A DNA stretch of 40,299 nucleotides, taken from sequence record PP856269. The stretch is one strand, 5' to 3'. The notes beneath the pieces were generated by a model. It was not told where the DNA came from. It saw nothing but the letters and a program-made list of their open reading frames with translations, and did not search any database. This DNA is from Escherichia phage UFJF_EcSW4. How positions within the stretch are numbered: the first letter of the stretch is position 1; every line of letters starts with the position of its first letter. This document shows, one piece after another, positions 37,556-40,299 of the stretch. The translations under genes were made by a program, and so were the position numbers.

Positions 37556-39315
37556 GTAAAGATTTAGTGGCGCGTCAGGCGCTAATGACTGCCCGTATGA
37601 AGGCAGACTTCGTGTTCTTCCTGTTCGTCCTGTGGAAAGCTCTGTCACTACCAGTCCCGACTCGCTGTCAGATTGACATGGCGAAGAAACTATCGGCTGG
37701 GGACAACAGGCGTTTCATCCTACAGGCGTTCCGTGGTATCGGGAAGTCATTCATTACGTGCGCATTCGTGGTATGGAAACTGTGGAACAACCCAGACTTG
37801 AAGTTCATGATTGTGTCGGCCTCAAAGGAACGAGCCGATGCAAACTCCATCTTCATCAAGCGAATCATCGACCTCATGCCTCAGCTTCGGGAACTCAAAC
37901 CTAAGCAGGGGCAGCGAGATGCGGTTATCAGCTTCGACGTTGGACCAGCCAAGCCAGACCACTCACCTTCGGTTAAGTCCGTTGGTATCACTGGTCAGTT
38001 GACTGGTAGTCGTGCTGACATCCTGATTGCCGATGACGTGGAGGTTCCGAACAACTCAGCGACTCAGGCTGCCAGAGACCGTCTGTCAGAGCTTGTGAAA
38101 GAGTTCGACGCTATCCTGAAGCCGGGAGGTACAATCATCTATCTGGGTACTCCTCAGAACGAGATGACCTTGTATCGTGAGCTGGAAGGCCGTGGGTACA
38201 CCACTACTATCTGGCCTGCTCGTTATCCACGCGACAGGAAGGACTGGCAGTCTTACGGCGACCGTCTGGCTCCAATGCTTCAGGCAGAGCTTGAAGAGGA
38301 CCCTGAGTCATTCTACTGGCGTCCGACTGATGAAGTACGCTTCGATGATACGGACCTTAAGGAACGTGAGCTGTCATATGGTAAGGCTGGCTTCGCTCTA
38401 CAGTTCATGCTTAACCCGAACCTGAGTGATGCCGAGAAGTACCCACTGAAGCTCCGTGACCTTATCGTAGCGGACTTGGACCCAGCGTCCAGCCCAATGG
38501 TCTACCAATGGTTACCGAACCCTCAGAACAAGCGTGAGGACGTTCCTAACGTTGGACTCATGGGTGACTCGTACCACACGTATCAGACTGTAGGTTCTGC
38601 CTTCAGCTCATACACCCAGAAGATTCTGGTCATTGATCCTAGTGGCCGTGGTAAGGATGAAACTGGCTATGCGGTACTGTACCAGCTTAATGGCTACATC
38701 TTCGCTATGGAAGTTGGTGGTATGCGTGGTGGTTATGAAGACTCTACGCTTGAAGCACTGGCTAAGATTGGTCGTAAGTGGAAGGTCAACGAATACGTCA
38801 TTGAGGGTAACTTCGGTGATGGTATGTACCTTGAGCTATTCAAGCCTGTAGCGGCCCGTATCCATCCTGCTGCTGTAACTGAAGTGAAGAGTAAGGGTCA
38901 GAAAGAACTCCGCATCTGTGACGTTCTGGAGCCTATCATGGGGTCTCACCGACTTATCGTTAACGCTGCTGCTATCGTTCAAGACTACCAGTCAGCCTCT
39001 GATAAGGATGGTGTTCGTAACCCTATCTACTCTCTCTTCTACCAGATGACACGTATATCTCGTGAACGTGGAGCCTTGGCACACGATGACCGACTTGATG
39101 CGCTGGCTATCGGTGTACAGTTCTTCGTTGAGTCTATGGCGAAGGATGCCAACAAAGGCGAACGTGAAGTCACTGAGGAGTGGTTGGAAGAACAGACGGA
39201 GAACCCACGTAAAGGCTTCGAGTCAATCCACACGGAGTTCTGGGACAATGGGGTCCGGGTAACTCACGATACGGACGACGAGCTGGGACTAGGGTCCTAC
39301 GTTACGTTCCACTAG
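37552..39315 (+). CDS. 19: Terminase large subunit (DNA maturation protein B)
   Basis: [123 protein letters not shown] match T7 gp19. Likely TTG start overlapping the spanin stop with TAAGGAGG at spacing 7; first in-frame ATG is at 37585. Confidence 0.95.
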   Translation: MSKDLVARQALMTARMKADFVFFLFVLWKALSLPVPTRCQIDMAKKLSAGDNRRFILQAFRGIGKSFITCAFVVWKLWNNPDLKFMIVSASKERADANSIFIKRIIDLMPQLRELKPKQGQRDAVISFDVGPAKPDHSPSVKSVGITGQLTGSRADILIADDVEVPNNSATQAARDRLSELVKEFDAILKPGGTIIYLGTPQNEMTLYRELEGRGYTTTIWPARYPRDRKDWQSYGDRLAPMLQAELEEDPESFYWRPTDEVRFDDTDLKERELSYGKAGFALQFMLNPNLSDAEKYPLKLRDLIVADLDPASSPMVYQWLPNPQNKREDVPNVGLMGDSYHTYQTVGSAFSSYTQKILVIDPSGRGKDETGYAVLYQLNGYIFAMEVGGMRGGYEDSTLEALAKIGRKWKVNEYVIEGNFGDGMYLELFKPVAARIHPAAVTEVKSKGQKELRICDVLEPIMGSHRLIVNAAAIVQDYQSASDKDGVRNPIYSLFYQMTRISRERGALAHDDRLDALAIGVQFFVESMAKDANKGEREVTEEWLEEQTENPRKGFESIHTEFWDNGVRVTHDTDDELGLGSYVTFH

Positions 39316-39409
39316 CTGAATGAATAACTATAGGCGAAAACTGAATTAATAAGCAGTTAGTAACCTATAGTTACTACCAGTCTAACCTACTGTTTTACAA
39401 TGAGTTTGG

Positions 39410-39432
39410 ACTTAACTATCACTATAGGGAAG
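39410..39432 (+). promoter_or_regulatory. Phage RNAP promoter (phiOR-position, right end)
   Basis: ACTTAACTATCACTATAGGGAAGACC; +1 at 39427. Confidence 0.75.
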
Positions 39433-39606
39433 ACCCCCGGTTACTTATAGTATTACTGTAGTGAATATACATATGCAGACTTTATGCAAGACCTTAGGAG
39501 GCAGACTCCTAGTTCTTACCTAAGGCTTGCACCGATGGAAGGAGGGTGATATTAATCATCACACCCTCATAACTTAAGTAGACCCAAGAGACAGGAGGTA
39601 TGTAGC

Positions 39607-39765
39607 ATGGGTAAGACCAAGGCTGTTCTTAAAGCTCTGGCGACCAATAGAGCTACTTACAGGTTTCTTGCTGCTGTTCTACTTGCTGCTGGCGTTACTG
39701 CTGGAAGTCAGTGGGTCTGGTGGGTCGAGACTCTCGTATGTACTCTGGTGTCTGAGTGTCATTAA
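39607..39765 (+). CDS. Possible small membrane protein, 52 aa (gene 19.5 position)
   Basis: AGGAGG then ATG at spacing 8; MGKTKAVLKALATNRATYRFLAAVLLAAGVTAG...; below the track cutoff. Confidence 0.4.
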   Translation: MGKTKAVLKALATNRATYRFLAAVLLAAGVTAGSQWVWWVETLVCTLVSECH

Positions 39766-39789
39766 CGCCATCATGGTAACAATCAACGA

Positions 39790-39830
39790 AAGCAAGACCT
39801 AAGGTCAGTTCATAGCTGACGCTACTCTAC
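39790..39830 (+). other. Perfect 11-bp stem, 19-nt loop hairpin after the last ORF
   Basis: CTAAGGTCAGT ... ACTGACCTTAG read directly; no U-run follows, so function (pause, terminator or packaging) is unknown. Confidence 0.35.
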
Positions 39831-39921
39831 TGACCTTAGCTACTGTAGTCAAGGACTTTAGGTAACACCTTAAGAGAAGCTCACTTAGGGTCATCCTACT
39901 TATTGGTCTATCCTAGTGTCG

Positions 39922-39966
39922 CCTGACCTACGGTCCTTGACCTACAGTTGCTGTGGCCTACAGTAG
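39922..39966. repeat. Three imperfect TG(A/G)CCTAC(A/G)GT repeats just inside the right terminal repeat
   Basis: tgacctacggtcc / tgacctacagttg / tggcctacagtag; the CCTACAGT core is also in the array at 318-392 next to the left DTR. Confidence 0.7.
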
Positions 39967-40013
39967 TGACGATGAGTTTTGGACCAAAAGTTTGAGACCA
40001 CATCTCACAGTTC

Positions 40014-40299
40014 CAAGAACCTCAAGTCTCCCCATAGGCCCTCTTTCAGTCTCGACCAAAGGCCCTACCCCAGTATATCATAAGGTTGGACCGATGGTCA
40101 AGACTTCAGGTCAACGATAGGTGGTGACTATGGCTTCGGGAAGGACGATAGGTGGTGACTATAGGCCCTCTTTCAGTCTCGACCAAAGGCCCTACCCCAG
40201 TATATCATAAGGTTGGACCGATGGTCAAGACTTCAGGTCAACGATAGGTGGTGACTATGGCTTCGGGAAGGACGATAGGTGGTGACTATTGGTCTGTCT
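40014..40299. repeat. Direct terminal repeat, right copy (identical to 1-286)
   Basis: Exact identity with the window start, including the internal 128-bp tandem duplication. Confidence 0.9.

Noticed and set aside
37139-37648. 169-aa ORF on the minus strand
   Set aside because: Antisense to the spanin genes and the terminase start; shadow ORF.

Overview
The window is a complete linear T7-like lytic podophage genome (Autographiviridae, Studiervirinae-type organisation): about 40.0 kb of unique sequence plus a 286-bp direct terminal repeat at both ends (1-286 equals 40014-40299). All supported genes are on the + strand in canonical T7 order: Ocr-like gp0.3 and small early ORFs, single-subunit RNA polymerase, ligase, host-RNAP inhibitor gp2, SSB gp2.5, endonuclease I, amidase gp3.5, primase-helicase, DNA polymerase, exonuclease, portal, scaffold, capsid with a probable -1 frameshift extension, tail tubular A/B, internal virion proteins, tailspike, holin, spanins, small and large terminase. 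Eleven copies of a phage promoter (core TAAACTATCACTATAGG, differing from the T7 consensus at about -11 to -9), a Tphi-like terminator, an early terminator and three conserved RNase III-like elements are visible. Departures from T7: no gp0.7 kinase homolog, three homing-endonuclease-type genes, several extra small ORFs, a DUF3850/ASCH-like gene between tail genes 11 and 12, a non-SLT N-terminal module on gp16, a beta-helix depolymerase-type tailspike and a 152-aa acidic protein at the gp5.9 position. I found no tRNA, CRISPR array, integrase or repressor, and no single novel multi-gene system; the novelty lies in these individual accessory genes. All homology calls are by-eye comparison with T7 protein sequences recalled from memory; no alignments or database searches were run.
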